Positions 35,383 through 44,889 of a stretch of DNA of 48,193 bases are shown here, one piece after another. Source of the stretch: Bacteroidota bacterium (lineage in GTDB: Bacteria; CLD3; SB21). The DNA is taken from assembly GCA_037445875.1 (NCBI GenBank), contig JBBIJR010000005.1:24561-72753 (forward strand), in the 5' to 3' direction. The notes beneath the pieces are model-generated. The model saw nothing but the letters and a program-made list of their open reading frames with translations, did no database searches and had not been told where the DNA came from. The number at the start of each line of letters is the position of its first letter. The first letter of the stretch is position 1. A program made the translations under genes and the position numbers.

Positions 35383-35781
35383 CTATCCAATAATGGTCGC
35401 ATCAACCGTATTGTCTTCTTCCGTTGATTCATCCACGACATTTCGTGTGTCGACGGCAATTGTGATATTACAGTCCGAAATGAAACACGCGTTTGGAAAC
35501 GGGATTCCTACGACATCGTAGCTTTGCAGAGGATCGAGAGCAGGAATTTCTATCTCAATTGGGTCACGCCCATCGAACTCAACAGTCGCAATGGAGTTCG
35601 GGGCTCGTTCTCCGCCCATGTTCTTGACGGTAAAGGCGACGGTTTTCTTCGACCCATCTACGATGGCATATTCCGACTGTCCTGTCAATTTGTGCACGGT
35701 GAGGTTGGGCTTTACACTGCACCCGGTCACTGAGGCGCACATCGCGATCACCAAACACTCGAAAAGACAAATGGTTTTCAT
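35383..35781 (-). CDS. Small lipoprotein with CARDB-like Ig domain
   Basis: Lipobox-like 'VTGC', 'PNLTV', 'FTVKNMGG' and the CARDB-type tail 'VDTRNVVDESTEEDN', with an AGGAG RBS. Confidence 0.7.
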   Translation of the reverse strand: MKTICLFECLVIAMCASVTGCSVKPNLTVHKLTGQSEYAIVDGSKKTVAFTVKNMGGERAPNSIATVEFDGRDPIEIEIPALDPLQSYDVVGIPFPNACFISDCNITIAVDTRNVVDESTEEDNTVDATIIG

Positions 35782-35997
35782 AAAAGCTCCTCTGGTTAGT
35801 CAATTGAGGATATGTGACTTTTGTACAATCCACATACAGCCGTGGTGAAAGGAAGTTGGTGAAAAACGGCAAAACACCTCTCGTAATCACCAGAACCTGT
35901 TAACCCCAAATTCCAGAAGAGAATCCTTGGATCAGATCGTGGGGTAGTCCGGAGAAGTCAGTCATTTCCAGGCATGATGATGTCGCTCACTCTGGTT

Positions 35998-37872
35998 TCA
36001 CCCGAGCGCCCGCCCCAACTCCTCTATCCGCTGCGTTATTCTCTTCTTCATCCGCTCGTACAACCGCTTCTGATGCCTCTCGAACGGGGAGACGACGAAG
36101 GGAACGAACCTTAGCGCGCGGAGAACGGCCGGGCCGGCACGGAGCTCGCGCATCTGCTTGTGGAGGGCGCTGAGGAGGACGACCTCGCGCATCAACGCCT
36201 CTGTATCCTGCCGCGTGGGCAGGAGATACGGTAAATACGCCTTCAGGAGATCGTCCTCGAAACATCTCTTCAACATGCCGCCCAGCCCGTATTTCGAGAA
36301 ATGCTCTTTTTTCAGTTTGTGGGTCCGTATGGCAGCGGGCAAAGCCCGGAAATCGACTCCCTCCCTCCTCGCCACCCACAAGGCCGCGCGGTAGGCGTTC
36401 ATCAGGTTCTCCCAGTGCTCGACCGGTACCTTGCCGAGTTCCCATATCTCAAACCGCCCCGGATACGCGGCGTTGAGGATGTGGAACATGTTTTTCTTGT
36501 AGATCCGCTCGAACACAGTGGAAAGGCCGTGTGCGGCGAAGGTTTCGCGTGAAATCGTGCGGTCCTTGATTCTTTCCGGAATCGACGCCACGGGAATGCC
36601 GAGCGTCGCCACGAACCAACGCACCGCCTCGGCACAGCGCGTCGCGCCCTCCTCGCCCTGCCAGTAGCTGTTGGGCACGCTGCCGAGTTCCCACGGCTTG
36701 AGTTCCGGATAGGCCGTCCCGATACAGCGGGACACGGATTTGTAGTGGCGGACGAACAAATACGACAGGCCGTGTTCGGCGAACGTCGCTTTCCGGATGC
36801 GGTTGGCGCGCAGCGCCTTCGGAATGTCCGGCCGCGCGATATGCAGTTTTTCCTCGACGAGCCAGCGGATCGCGGAGATGCGGTTGGCTTCGGTGTCCCA
36901 GAATCCGTCCTCGACGTGACCCATCTCCCACGGCATCAGGACATCCGGGTACGCATTGCGGATCATCCGGTTGATCGAGTAGTTGAAATGGCGTACGACG
37001 CCGCGCAGTCCGATGAAAGCAAAGTCCGCCGGAGAACATTCACCCAGCACATCGAGCGGCCGCTTCTGCAGGATCGCCTCTACCGCATACCGGGTCAGCA
37101 CGGCGCATCGGTACAGTGTGTCGAAGGCGAGGAAGTTGACGGGGAACTTTGCCGCCAGCCCGAGGTATACGTTCTTGTAGTAACCGACGATCTCGTCTTC
37201 GGTCAATGCCTGCCCGGCGACAAGCGAGTCCGGGTCGAAGGGAACTCCGTCCGGGTACAGACGCCGCATCTCGGACACCTTTGCCTCCAGGTATTCCACG
37301 CTCGCATCGATCAAATGGTAAATACGGTCGTTCCACACGAACTCGCCGGTTTCCGGACGCTGCTCGAAGACGGTCTTAAGGTAGCGGAGATTGTCCGCGC
37401 TGAGTTTGTTGCGCAGATAGTCGAGGACTTCGAAACGGGACAGCGACTCGACCGACGGCTCGCCGATCATTGCGGTGTCCCCATCGAGGTCAACGGCGTA
37501 CGCGTCGTGCAGTTTGTCGAGCGATACGAACCGCCTCTTGCCCACGTCGGGATAGAGTTCCCGCGCCAGTGCGTCGATCTCTTCGGCGATCACCGGTTCA
37601 TAAGCGGCGCGGTTGAAATGTTCCGTCTGGATGAGCTGCAGGACGCGTTCACTGCCGAACACGGATTGGGCGAGGTCGAGGTACTCCGGATCGGCGGGAT
37701 CCACATCGAAGCCAAAGCGGCTCTGCTTCTTGCGGATCAACTCCAGTGCGAGTTCGTATCCCGCGTAGTAGTTCCTCGTGATCTCCGGATCGGACAGCTT
37801 CACGGGACCGGTTCCTGTACGGACGGACAAAGGCAGAACGGATGGAACGGAAACGACGGCAGGGGCGGGCAT
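35998..37872 (-). CDS. DUF4046-like repeat protein
   Basis: About four ~68-70-aa repeats of pattern 'F..HGL......NAYP....WE.G.V....W.......A..W', with an AAGGAGGT RBS. Confidence 0.7.
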   Translation of the reverse strand: MPAPAVVSVPSVLPLSVRTGTGPVKLSDPEITRNYYAGYELALELIRKKQSRFGFDVDPADPEYLDLAQSVFGSERVLQLIQTEHFNRAAYEPVIAEEIDALARELYPDVGKRRFVSLDKLHDAYAVDLDGDTAMIGEPSVESLSRFEVLDYLRNKLSADNLRYLKTVFEQRPETGEFVWNDRIYHLIDASVEYLEAKVSEMRRLYPDGVPFDPDSLVAGQALTEDEIVGYYKNVYLGLAAKFPVNFLAFDTLYRCAVLTRYAVEAILQKRPLDVLGECSPADFAFIGLRGVVRHFNYSINRMIRNAYPDVLMPWEMGHVEDGFWDTEANRISAIRWLVEEKLHIARPDIPKALRANRIRKATFAEHGLSYLFVRHYKSVSRCIGTAYPELKPWELGSVPNSYWQGEEGATRCAEAVRWFVATLGIPVASIPERIKDRTISRETFAAHGLSTVFERIYKKNMFHILNAAYPGRFEIWELGKVPVEHWENLMNAYRAALWVARREGVDFRALPAAIRTHKLKKEHFSKYGLGGMLKRCFEDDLLKAYLPYLLPTRQDTEALMREVVLLSALHKQMRELRAGPAVLRALRFVPFVVSPFERHQKRLYERMKKRITQRIEELGRALG

Positions 37873-37970
37873 ACGTTACCTCCTTTACACACGCGCATCC
37901 AAGAGGGGATGCCACGCCACACGTTGGGGGATGTGATTAAGAGGTAAGTCATGGACCGGTTCCTGCGGGA

Positions 37971-38000
37971 ACCTTAGTGAAAATCGCCCGAATAAGTCAA
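37971..38000 (-). promoter_or_regulatory. Putative sigma70 promoter of the DUF4046-like gene
   Basis: Minus strand reads TTGACT-N18-TAAGGT, about 100 nt upstream of the start. Confidence 0.45.
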
Positions 38001-38086
38001 GGTGGGGATTGAAAATCGCTCAGGTCGGGCCCATCTGGCTCATCCTCGGGCGCCACACGGGCAGCGGTCCCGGTCGGTTCGCGCCT

Positions 38087-39289
38087 CTACTCGTTCCTCA
38101 GCGCGTCCACAATCTTGAGCCGCGCGGCGCGGACGGAGGGGAAGAAACCTCCGATCAAACCCATGAAGAGAGCAAACACCATCGCATCTACCACGATGCC
38201 CGCCGAGAGGGCGAACGTGAAGGACAGTTCGGAAAAAGAATTGAAATTGATCGTAGAGAGGGAGAAGAACCGCAACCACGATGCGAGGAGAACCCCGGCG
38301 GCACCGCCGACCAGGGCCAGCAGCACGGATTCGATCAGGAAGCTGAATAACACGCTTCGCCGCCGGAATCCCAGAGCCCTCAGCGTGCCGATTTCCGTCG
38401 TTCGATTGGCCACGGCGGTGTACATCGTGATTACCGCGCCGATGATCGCGCCGAAACTAAAAATGAAGGTGACCGCCGTTCCCAGGGCGCTGATGAACGA
38501 TGCCAGGAGTTCCGATTGTTCCCTGTAGAATTTGATCTCGGTCTTCGGCTCGTATTGCACGAGGCGGCGGTCCTGCTCGAACGCCTTTTCCAGGTCCTCG
38601 AATTTCGCATCGTCGGTCATGCGGAAGGTCACCGTCGAGACCGTATTCTGCCGGTTGAAGGCTGCCTGCAACTGCCTGGAGTCGCCCCAGATCTCCGATT
38701 CGAAGGCGCCCCCCTGCGCAGAAATCACGCCCACGATCGTCCACATGTCGCCTGCGATCTTGATCCGGTCTCCGATGTTCGTCCCGGCGAACAGGTCTCG
38801 GACGGACTTGCCTACCACGATCTCGCGCGATCCGGTTTGGAACATGTTCCCTTCGCTCAACGATACGTGCGGCCTAACGTGCAGGGCGGTCTCGCCGACA
38901 CCGCGTACGGTCACGTTGCTGAGCCCGCCTTCACCCGTTTTCTTTTCGAGATTGATCACGACGACCGGTTCCGCCGTGGCCAGCGTGCGTCCCTTGTCGT
39001 CCTTGCCCACCTGCGGAAGGGTCATAATGACGTTGACCGCATCGCCGTCGATGATGCTGGAGATCTCACCCTGCGAGGATTTTCGGGCCACAACGATGGT
39101 CCGGTCGCTTCCTCCCGTTGCGAGCGTCTTCTCGACGCCGTACGACATCATGAGGACCGCCGTGTACACGAATATCACGAGCGCAAAACCGCCCACCGTG
39201 ATCGACATGGTCAAACGGCGCGCCCGGAAATTACCGACCATGTAGCGGAACGGAACGGCGGGCAGCAGAAATCTCCATATGGCATGCAT
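38087..39289 (-). CDS. MacB/FtsX-type ABC transporter permease
   Basis: Motifs 'AFESEIWGD' and 'AVANRTTEIGTLRALGF', with a 4-TM pattern. The start is uncertain. Confidence 0.9.
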   Translation of the reverse strand: MHAIWRFLLPAVPFRYMVGNFRARRLTMSITVGGFALVIFVYTAVLMMSYGVEKTLATGGSDRTIVVARKSSQGEISSIIDGDAVNVIMTLPQVGKDDKGRTLATAEPVVVINLEKKTGEGGLSNVTVRGVGETALHVRPHVSLSEGNMFQTGSREIVVGKSVRDLFAGTNIGDRIKIAGDMWTIVGVISAQGGAFESEIWGDSRQLQAAFNRQNTVSTVTFRMTDDAKFEDLEKAFEQDRRLVQYEPKTEIKFYREQSELLASFISALGTAVTFIFSFGAIIGAVITMYTAVANRTTEIGTLRALGFRRRSVLFSFLIESVLLALVGGAAGVLLASWLRFFSLSTINFNSFSELSFTFALSAGIVVDAMVFALFMGLIGGFFPSVRAARLKIVDALRNE

Positions 39290-39301
39290 GCGGGTGTTCC
39301 C

Positions 39302-40459
39302 TTATCCAACGTGACGCAAACCGTCGACGATGTTCGTTTTGACCGCGTTGTACACCGGAATCACGCCTGCGATCAGACCGACGAACACCGCAAACGTGAA
39401 TTCCTGCGCGATCGTGATGTCTTCGAGAATGAAAACCGGGAAGTAGTTCTTCGGAACGATCTGGGAGAAAGCAAACACAAAGAACCGCGTGAGGCCGTAG
39501 CCGGCCACGCCCCCGAGCAGGCCGATCAGTATCGATTCGCCGGTCACCAGACCGAACAGATGCTTGCCGGTGAAGCCCAGCGTCTTGAGCACGGCGTGTT
39601 CACCGCTCCGTTCGCGGGCCGACATGATCATGGTGTTGGCGAGTACGAGCAGAATCACCGCAATGATCAAAAACGCCATGACGTTGATGGCGGTGATGAT
39701 GGCGCTGTAGGCCTTGAGGAAACTGTTCTGAAACGCCTTTTCCGTTTCCGTCTTGGTCTCGGCTTCGGAGTTGGCGAACAGCGCGTCGATCTGCTCGGAG
39801 ACCATCGCGGCGTCGTCCGCATCGTGGATCTTGACGGCGTACCAACCGACCTGGCCGGCCCGCACGGGCATCTCCTGCTTCATGCGTTCATCCAGATATT
39901 CCCAGTGAAAGAACATCTGCGTCCCGTCGACGGCCGGCGTGCGGGGTTTGTAGATGGCCCGTACGACGAAGTCCCACCGTCCCGGGTAGATGTCGCCCTC
40001 CAGCGTCATCACGTCGCCCACTTTCAGTCCGTACTTGTTGGCGATATCCTGTCCGAGGACGCACGCGTTCCGCTCCTTCTGGAAGGCCTCCAGTTCCTGC
40101 CTGGACACGAGAAACTCCGGATAGACGTCGAACAGCGTCCGGGCATCGGCCGCCATGCGGGGAAAGAACTGCTGCTTGTCCTTGTACACGCCCTGGAACC
40201 AATTCAGATACGTGACCTTCTCGACTCCGGGCACTTTGGCGATCTTGTCGCGGTACGCGTAGGGAAGCGGAAAAACGAACGACACCGCCTGCCGGCAGAT
40301 CAGCCGGTCCGCGGCGGCGACCTCCACGCTCGCGTACCACGAGGTGATCACCGTCCGCAGCAAACCGAATGCCCCCACCGCGATCGCGATCCCCAGCACC
40401 GTCAACGTCGTCCGCAGCTTATGGCGCAAAGCGTTTTTTATGATCAGCTTCGGTAACAT
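39302..40459 (-). CDS. MacB/FtsX-type ABC transporter permease
   Basis: Motifs 'KNALRHKLRTTLT' and 'ANTMIMSARERSGEHAVLKTLGF'. Confidence 0.9.
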   Translation of the reverse strand: MLPKLIIKNALRHKLRTTLTVLGIAIAVGAFGLLRTVITSWYASVEVAAADRLICRQAVSFVFPLPYAYRDKIAKVPGVEKVTYLNWFQGVYKDKQQFFPRMAADARTLFDVYPEFLVSRQELEAFQKERNACVLGQDIANKYGLKVGDVMTLEGDIYPGRWDFVVRAIYKPRTPAVDGTQMFFHWEYLDERMKQEMPVRAGQVGWYAVKIHDADDAAMVSEQIDALFANSEAETKTETEKAFQNSFLKAYSAIITAINVMAFLIIAVILLVLANTMIMSARERSGEHAVLKTLGFTGKHLFGLVTGESILIGLLGGVAGYGLTRFFVFAFSQIVPKNYFPVFILEDITIAQEFTFAVFVGLIAGVIPVYNAVKTNIVDGLRHVG

Positions 40460-40462
40460 CTC

Positions 40463-40666
40463 TTATCTCACTTCGCTCAATTGGGAATGGAACATTACTT
40501 CTTCAGTGAACGTTTGCCGGCATGATAAAACTGGAGAGTTCTTCTTCGGTACTTCGGTGTCCGAGAGTATGGATCCGGAAGCGTGCGTGGAAATAAGACC
40601 GCTCTCCGTCAGCAGCGCAAATTGGGATGTCTTCTCCCGAATGATATTCGGCTTCCTGTCCGCCAT
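40463..40666 (-). pseudogene. Remnant of a four helix bundle (23S rRNA IVP-like) protein gene, internally deleted
   Basis: The N-terminal 'NIIREKTSQFAL' is joined directly to the C-terminal-type 'LTESGLIS...SILSDTE'. It sits next to a heptamer repeat tract inside the ABC operon. Confidence 0.55.
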
Positions 40667-40683
40667 TCCTTGTGCTGCTTTAG

Positions 40684-40740
40684 AATTTTGAATTCTCCAA
40701 TTTTCAATTCTCAGTTCTTATTTCCTAATTCCTAATTCTC
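40684..40740 (+). repeat. Degenerate heptamer tandem repeat (consensus AATTYTC), 8 units
   Basis: Units read aattttg aattctc (c) aattttc aattctc agttctt atttcct aattcct aattctc. Confidence 0.8.
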
Positions 40741-40742
40741 CA

Positions 40743-41414
40743 TTACTCCAAACTCCCTTTGTCCAGGTGTCTCTTTACGTGTGCTTTCTCCGCGGCATGG
40801 GGATCATGGGTCACCATGAGGACGGTCTTGCCCATCTCCGAGTTCAAGCGCGCCAGCAGGGTCATGATTTCTTCCGCAGACTTGCGGTCGAGGTCGCCCG
40901 TGGGTTCGTCGGCCACCAGGATCGTCGGATCGGTCACGATCGCGCGCGCAATGGCCACACGCTGCTGCTGTCCGCCCGAAAGCTGGTTCGGATAGTGCTT
41001 CATTCGGTCGCTCAGTCCGACGATCTCGAGCACTTTCCTCACGTGTGCATCCCGTTCTTTGCGCGAGAGATTGGTCAGATGCAGCGGAAGTTCGATATTC
41101 TCATAGGCCGTCAGAACCGGCATCAGATTGTAGAATTGGAAAACAAAACCTACGTGCCGCGAGCGCCATCGTGCCAGGTCGGATTCGCTGAGGGCATTGA
41201 GGTCCGTCCCGGCCACATTCACCTGGCCGCCCGACGGACGATCGATACCGGCGATCAGGTTGAGCAGGGTCGTTTTGCCGGAGCCCGACGGGCCCATCAG
41301 GGCGAGAAACTCACCCTGCGGCACCGAGAAGGTGATGTTCTCGAGCACGGGAATGACCATGCTGTCGCGCCGGTACGCTTTGCTAACGTTTTGGAGTTCG
41401 ACTATGGAAGCCAT
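40743..41414 (-). CDS. ABC transporter ATP-binding protein (LolD/MacB-like)
   Basis: Motifs 'GPSGSGKT', '[13 protein letters not shown]', 'ADEPTGDLD' and 'VTHD'. Confidence 0.95.
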   Translation of the reverse strand: MASIVELQNVSKAYRRDSMVIPVLENITFSVPQGEFLALMGPSGSGKTTLLNLIAGIDRPSGGQVNVAGTDLNALSESDLARWRSRHVGFVFQFYNLMPVLTAYENIELPLHLTNLSRKERDAHVRKVLEIVGLSDRMKHYPNQLSGGQQQRVAIARAIVTDPTILVADEPTGDLDRKSAEEIMTLLARLNSEMGKTVLMVTHDPHAAEKAHVKRHLDKGSLE

Positions 41415-41451
41415 CCTGTATCTCCTGAGAGTAGAATGAACGCGTCTGAGG

Positions 41452-42678
41452 TTACTCTTTCGGTTTTACCGCGTCTCCGGAGGAAAGGTCCGCTCCGGGA
41501 GAGTTCACGATACGATCGCCCGCTTTGACTCCGCCGAGGATTTCGATCCGGTCGCCGAGCACGGAACCGGTGGTGACGACCACTTCCCTGACCTTGCCGT
41601 CGACGAACAGAAAGACGGCTTTCTTACCGTCCTTGTGAACCAGCGCGGACATCGGCACGGTCAGGGTCGGTTTGGCCAGGAGGGCGCTGTCGGACAAAGC
41701 CTCGCGGAGGAACGTCGCCTTGGCGCTCATTTCGGGCAGCACCTTCTCGTCGATGTCGAGGAACTTGATCTTCGTGAGGATGGTGGCCTTGGCGCGGTCG
41801 GCCGTCGGTACGATCTTCCACACGACGCCGCGGTAACGTCTTTCCGGAAACGCATCGAGCACGATTTCGCACGGCTGGTCCACGCGAATGCGTTCGATGT
41901 TCGATTCCGATACGTCCGCTTCGAGCTGCAGAGAACGCATGTCGGCCATGGTCACGACCGCACCGCGGGAATTGCCGGCCGCGAACGGCGCCACGATTTC
42001 GCCCACGTCGGCCTGCTTCGTCAGGACCGTTCCGTCGAACGGAGCGCGGATGATCGTGTTCTCGATCTGCACACGGGCCGCTTCGACCGCCGCTTCATAC
42101 GCGTTCAAGGCCGCTTTCGCCGCATTCCGGCGCGCCTCGGCGCTCTCGTACTGGAGTTTCTTTATTTCGAACTCCGAATCCGTGATGACGCCTGTCTTGA
42201 AAAGGGACTCGTTGCGTTCGAAATCCTTCCTTGCTTGCTGCATCGCCGCTTCCGCTTCGACGACCTGCGCCTTGCCCGCCGCGAGGTTGGCCAGTCCCTG
42301 GTTTAGCGCGGCCTCGACGTCATGGCTTTCGAGACGGGCGATGATCTGGCCCGACTTCACATGATCGCCTTCCTCGACGCCGAGATACACCAGACGGCCG
42401 GTACCTTTCGATGCGACCGACGCCTGGCGCTGAGGCACAATGTACCCGCTGGCCGTCAGTACGGCGTTGGCCTGGGACGGAAACGTCAGAGCGGCGGACA
42501 CGAGCGAGACGGTTTTGGCCGGTTGGAACCTGGGGACAACCCAGAACGCAGCCGCGATGAGAACTACTGCGACGATGGACAGCACGATCCACTTCGCGCG
42601 TCCGGATCCGTTCTCCGGCGGGCGGTCGCGATTGATGCGCAGGGTGGTCAGGTCTACGGTTTTGTTTTCGATGGTCAT
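41452..42678 (-). CDS. Efflux periplasmic adaptor subunit (MacA/HlyD-like)
   Basis: Single N-terminal TM, lipoyl-like 'VEEGDHVKSGQIIARL', a coiled hairpin and 'IRAPFDGTV'. Confidence 0.92.
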   Translation of the reverse strand: MTIENKTVDLTTLRINRDRPPENGSGRAKWIVLSIVAVVLIAAAFWVVPRFQPAKTVSLVSAALTFPSQANAVLTASGYIVPQRQASVASKGTGRLVYLGVEEGDHVKSGQIIARLESHDVEAALNQGLANLAAGKAQVVEAEAAMQQARKDFERNESLFKTGVITDSEFEIKKLQYESAEARRNAAKAALNAYEAAVEAARVQIENTIIRAPFDGTVLTKQADVGEIVAPFAAGNSRGAVVTMADMRSLQLEADVSESNIERIRVDQPCEIVLDAFPERRYRGVVWKIVPTADRAKATILTKIKFLDIDEKVLPEMSAKATFLREALSDSALLAKPTLTVPMSALVHKDGKKAVFLFVDGKVREVVVTTGSVLGDRIEILGGVKAGDRIVNSPGADLSSGDAVKPKE

Positions 42679-43020
42679 AATGCGTGCAATCTAAGCGTGG
42701 GGATTAAGAACCCTCATCAACTTTCGGTTAACGGTGCGATTCCGTCGGCGAATGGCGCCGCCGAACCGTACATGCACCACGTTCATTACGATACTGCGCG
42801 CCACGAGCGATCTGGACGTGACGGCGGCAATACCGCAGCCTTGTCGCAAGATACACCGCTTCGCTGACCACATCCTGTCAGCCGGTAGCCGACTTCTTCA
42901 GGGCCTAAAGGCATGGGTCACGGCACAGAGGAATATATGATTTCGCAGGAGAAATGCACGGGAAATATGGGCAAGCTCGTGGAGATCGGTGGTTAAGGAG
43001 AATATTGTTGGGGTGAACGC

Positions 43021-43062
43021 CATTGATAATTGATCATTGTTCATTGATAACTGTACATTGCA
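43021..43062 (+). repeat. Degenerate heptamer tandem repeat (consensus CATTGAT), 6 units
   Basis: Units read cattgat aattgat cattgtt cattgat aactgta cattgca. Confidence 0.75.
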
Positions 43063-43086
43063 TTTCCCCGCAAACCGCGGTACATT
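43058..43086 (+). promoter_or_regulatory. Sigma70 promoter of the rarA-dut operon
   Basis: TTGCAT-N17-TACATT, 20 nt upstream of ATG 43107. Confidence 0.6.
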
Positions 43087-43106
43087 GCCCATCAAACCTG
43101 CTGTAT

Positions 43107-44456
43107 ATGAGTCTATTTCACGAACCGGAAACCGAGTATTCCCGGCCGTCCCGAAAGGGCGCTGTACCTCTGGCGGAACGTATGCGGCCCCAGTCGCTGG
43201 CGGACTTCGCCGGTCAGGAACACATCCTCGGGGAAGGGAAAGCCCTGCGCGCGCAAATCCTGTCGGGCCACCTTGCCTCCATGATATTTTGGGGGCCTCC
43301 GGGCAGCGGCAAGACCACCCTTGCCAGAATCCTTGCCAGAGAGACGCATTCCAAGTTTGTTGCCATCAGCGCCGTCGACGCCGGGGTGGGAGATGTACGC
43401 AAGATCATCCAGCAGGCGGAGGCGCTGAAAAAACACTCCGGCGAGCGCCTGATCCTGTTTATCGACGAGATCCACCGTTTCAACAAGGCGCAGCAGGACG
43501 CGCTGCTCCATTCGGTGGAGGACGGAACGCTGATCCTGATCGGTGCGACCACCGAGAATCCTTCGTTCGAAGTGATCAATGCACTGTTATCACGCTGCAA
43601 GGTCTACCGGCTCGAGGAGTTGGCCCGTGACGACCTGATGCGAATTCTCGACCGGGCCTTGTCGCGGGACGAAACGTTGAAAGAGCTTCGGGTCGATATC
43701 CCTGATCGCGACATGCTCCTGGTGTATGCCAACGGGGATGCGCGAAGTCTATTGAACACGTTGGAATTGAGCATTCAGTTGACGCGGCCGGGGGAAGACG
43801 GTACATACCGGCTGACGAGCGAAATCATCAGGGAGGCTTTTCAGCAGAAGAACGTGCTGTACGATCCGGCCGGTGAATTGCACTACGACATCATCAGCGC
43901 GTTCATCAAGAGCGTCAGGGGCAGCGATCCGGACGCGGCCCTTTACTGGTTGGCGCGCATGCTCGAAGGAGGTGAAGATCCGAAGTTCATCGCACGGCGC
44001 ATGATCATCCTGGCTTCGGAGGACATCGGCAACGCCGATCCGTACGCGTTGACCCTCGCGGTGTCGACCTTTACCGGAGTGGACTACATTGGAATGCCGG
44101 AGGCGACGCTGGTACTGGCGCAGTGCGCCACATACCTGGCCAGCTGTCCGAAAAGCAACGCGAGCTACACGGCCGTTGGTGCCGCCGTGCAGGACGTTCG
44201 CAGCGAGCCGCTCTATCCGGTACCCCTCCATCTGCGCAATGCGGTGACGGGTCTGATGCGGGACCTGCAGTACGGCGCAGAGTACAAGTACGCTCACGAC
44301 TTCCACGATGCCGGAGAAGCGAATTTTGCCGAACAGGAGTATCTTCCGTCCGAACTGAAGGACCGCACGTACTATCAACCCACCGACCAGGGCATGGAAA
44401 AAAAGTTCAAAGAGCGCCTGGAAAAGCTGTGGACCCGACGGAGGCGGTCCGGTTGA
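43107..44456 (+). CDS. rarA: Replication-associated recombination protein A (AAA+ ATPase, RarA/MgsA)
   Basis: Motifs 'PLAERMRP', 'WGPPGSGKT', 'FIDEIHRFNKAQQD', 'GATTENP', 'SAFIKSVRGSDPD' and 'VPLHLRN'. Confidence 0.96.
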   Translation: MSLFHEPETEYSRPSRKGAVPLAERMRPQSLADFAGQEHILGEGKALRAQILSGHLASMIFWGPPGSGKTTLARILARETHSKFVAISAVDAGVGDVRKIIQQAEALKKHSGERLILFIDEIHRFNKAQQDALLHSVEDGTLILIGATTENPSFEVINALLSRCKVYRLEELARDDLMRILDRALSRDETLKELRVDIPDRDMLLVYANGDARSLLNTLELSIQLTRPGEDGTYRLTSEIIREAFQQKNVLYDPAGELHYDIISAFIKSVRGSDPDAALYWLARMLEGGEDPKFIARRMIILASEDIGNADPYALTLAVSTFTGVDYIGMPEATLVLAQCATYLASCPKSNASYTAVGAAVQDVRSEPLYPVPLHLRNAVTGLMRDLQYGAEYKYAHDFHDAGEANFAEQEYLPSELKDRTYYQPTDQGMEKKFKERLEKLWTRRRRSG

Positions 44457-44887
44457 TGTCCGTCGTGAAGGTGCAACTGGTTCATCCGAACGCGCGCCTG
44501 CCCGAGTACGCTCACACCGGCGATGCGGGTCTGGACCTCTTCGCGGTGGAGGAGGTGGAACTGGCTCCCGGAGAGTTCCGGACAATCCCTACCGGTCTGG
44601 TCATTGAGTTGCCTGCCGGGACCGAAGGGCAGGTTCGACCCCGAAGCGGCCTTGCCGCCAAACACGGAGTGACGGTACTCAACACACCAGGGACCATCGA
44701 TCAGGGTTATAGGGGGGAAGTGGGCGTGATCCTGATCAATCACGGGACGCGGGCCTTTCTCATTGAACCGGGCATGAAAATCGCGCAGCTGGTCATCACA
44801 ACCATTCACCGCGCCGATGTCGTTTCCGTGCAGCAGGTGAGCGCCACCTCTCGCAACACGGGCGGTTTCGGATCGACAGGACGCTGA
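44456..44887 (+). CDS. dut: dUTP diphosphatase
   Basis: Motifs 'AGLDL', 'RPRSG', 'GTIDQGYRGE', 'IAQL' and 'GGFGSTG'. Confidence 0.96.
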   Translation: MSVVKVQLVHPNARLPEYAHTGDAGLDLFAVEEVELAPGEFRTIPTGLVIELPAGTEGQVRPRSGLAAKHGVTVLNTPGTIDQGYRGEVGVILINHGTRAFLIEPGMKIAQLVITTIHRADVVSVQQVSATSRNTGGFGSTGR

Positions 44888-44889
44888 CG

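Noticed and set aside
38516-40456. 646-aa plus-strand ORF
   Set aside because: Antisense to two well-supported ABC permeases, with no recognisable domain.
40684-43062. Heptamer tracts as CRISPR arrays
   Set aside because: The units are 7 nt with no spacers, and there are no cas genes.
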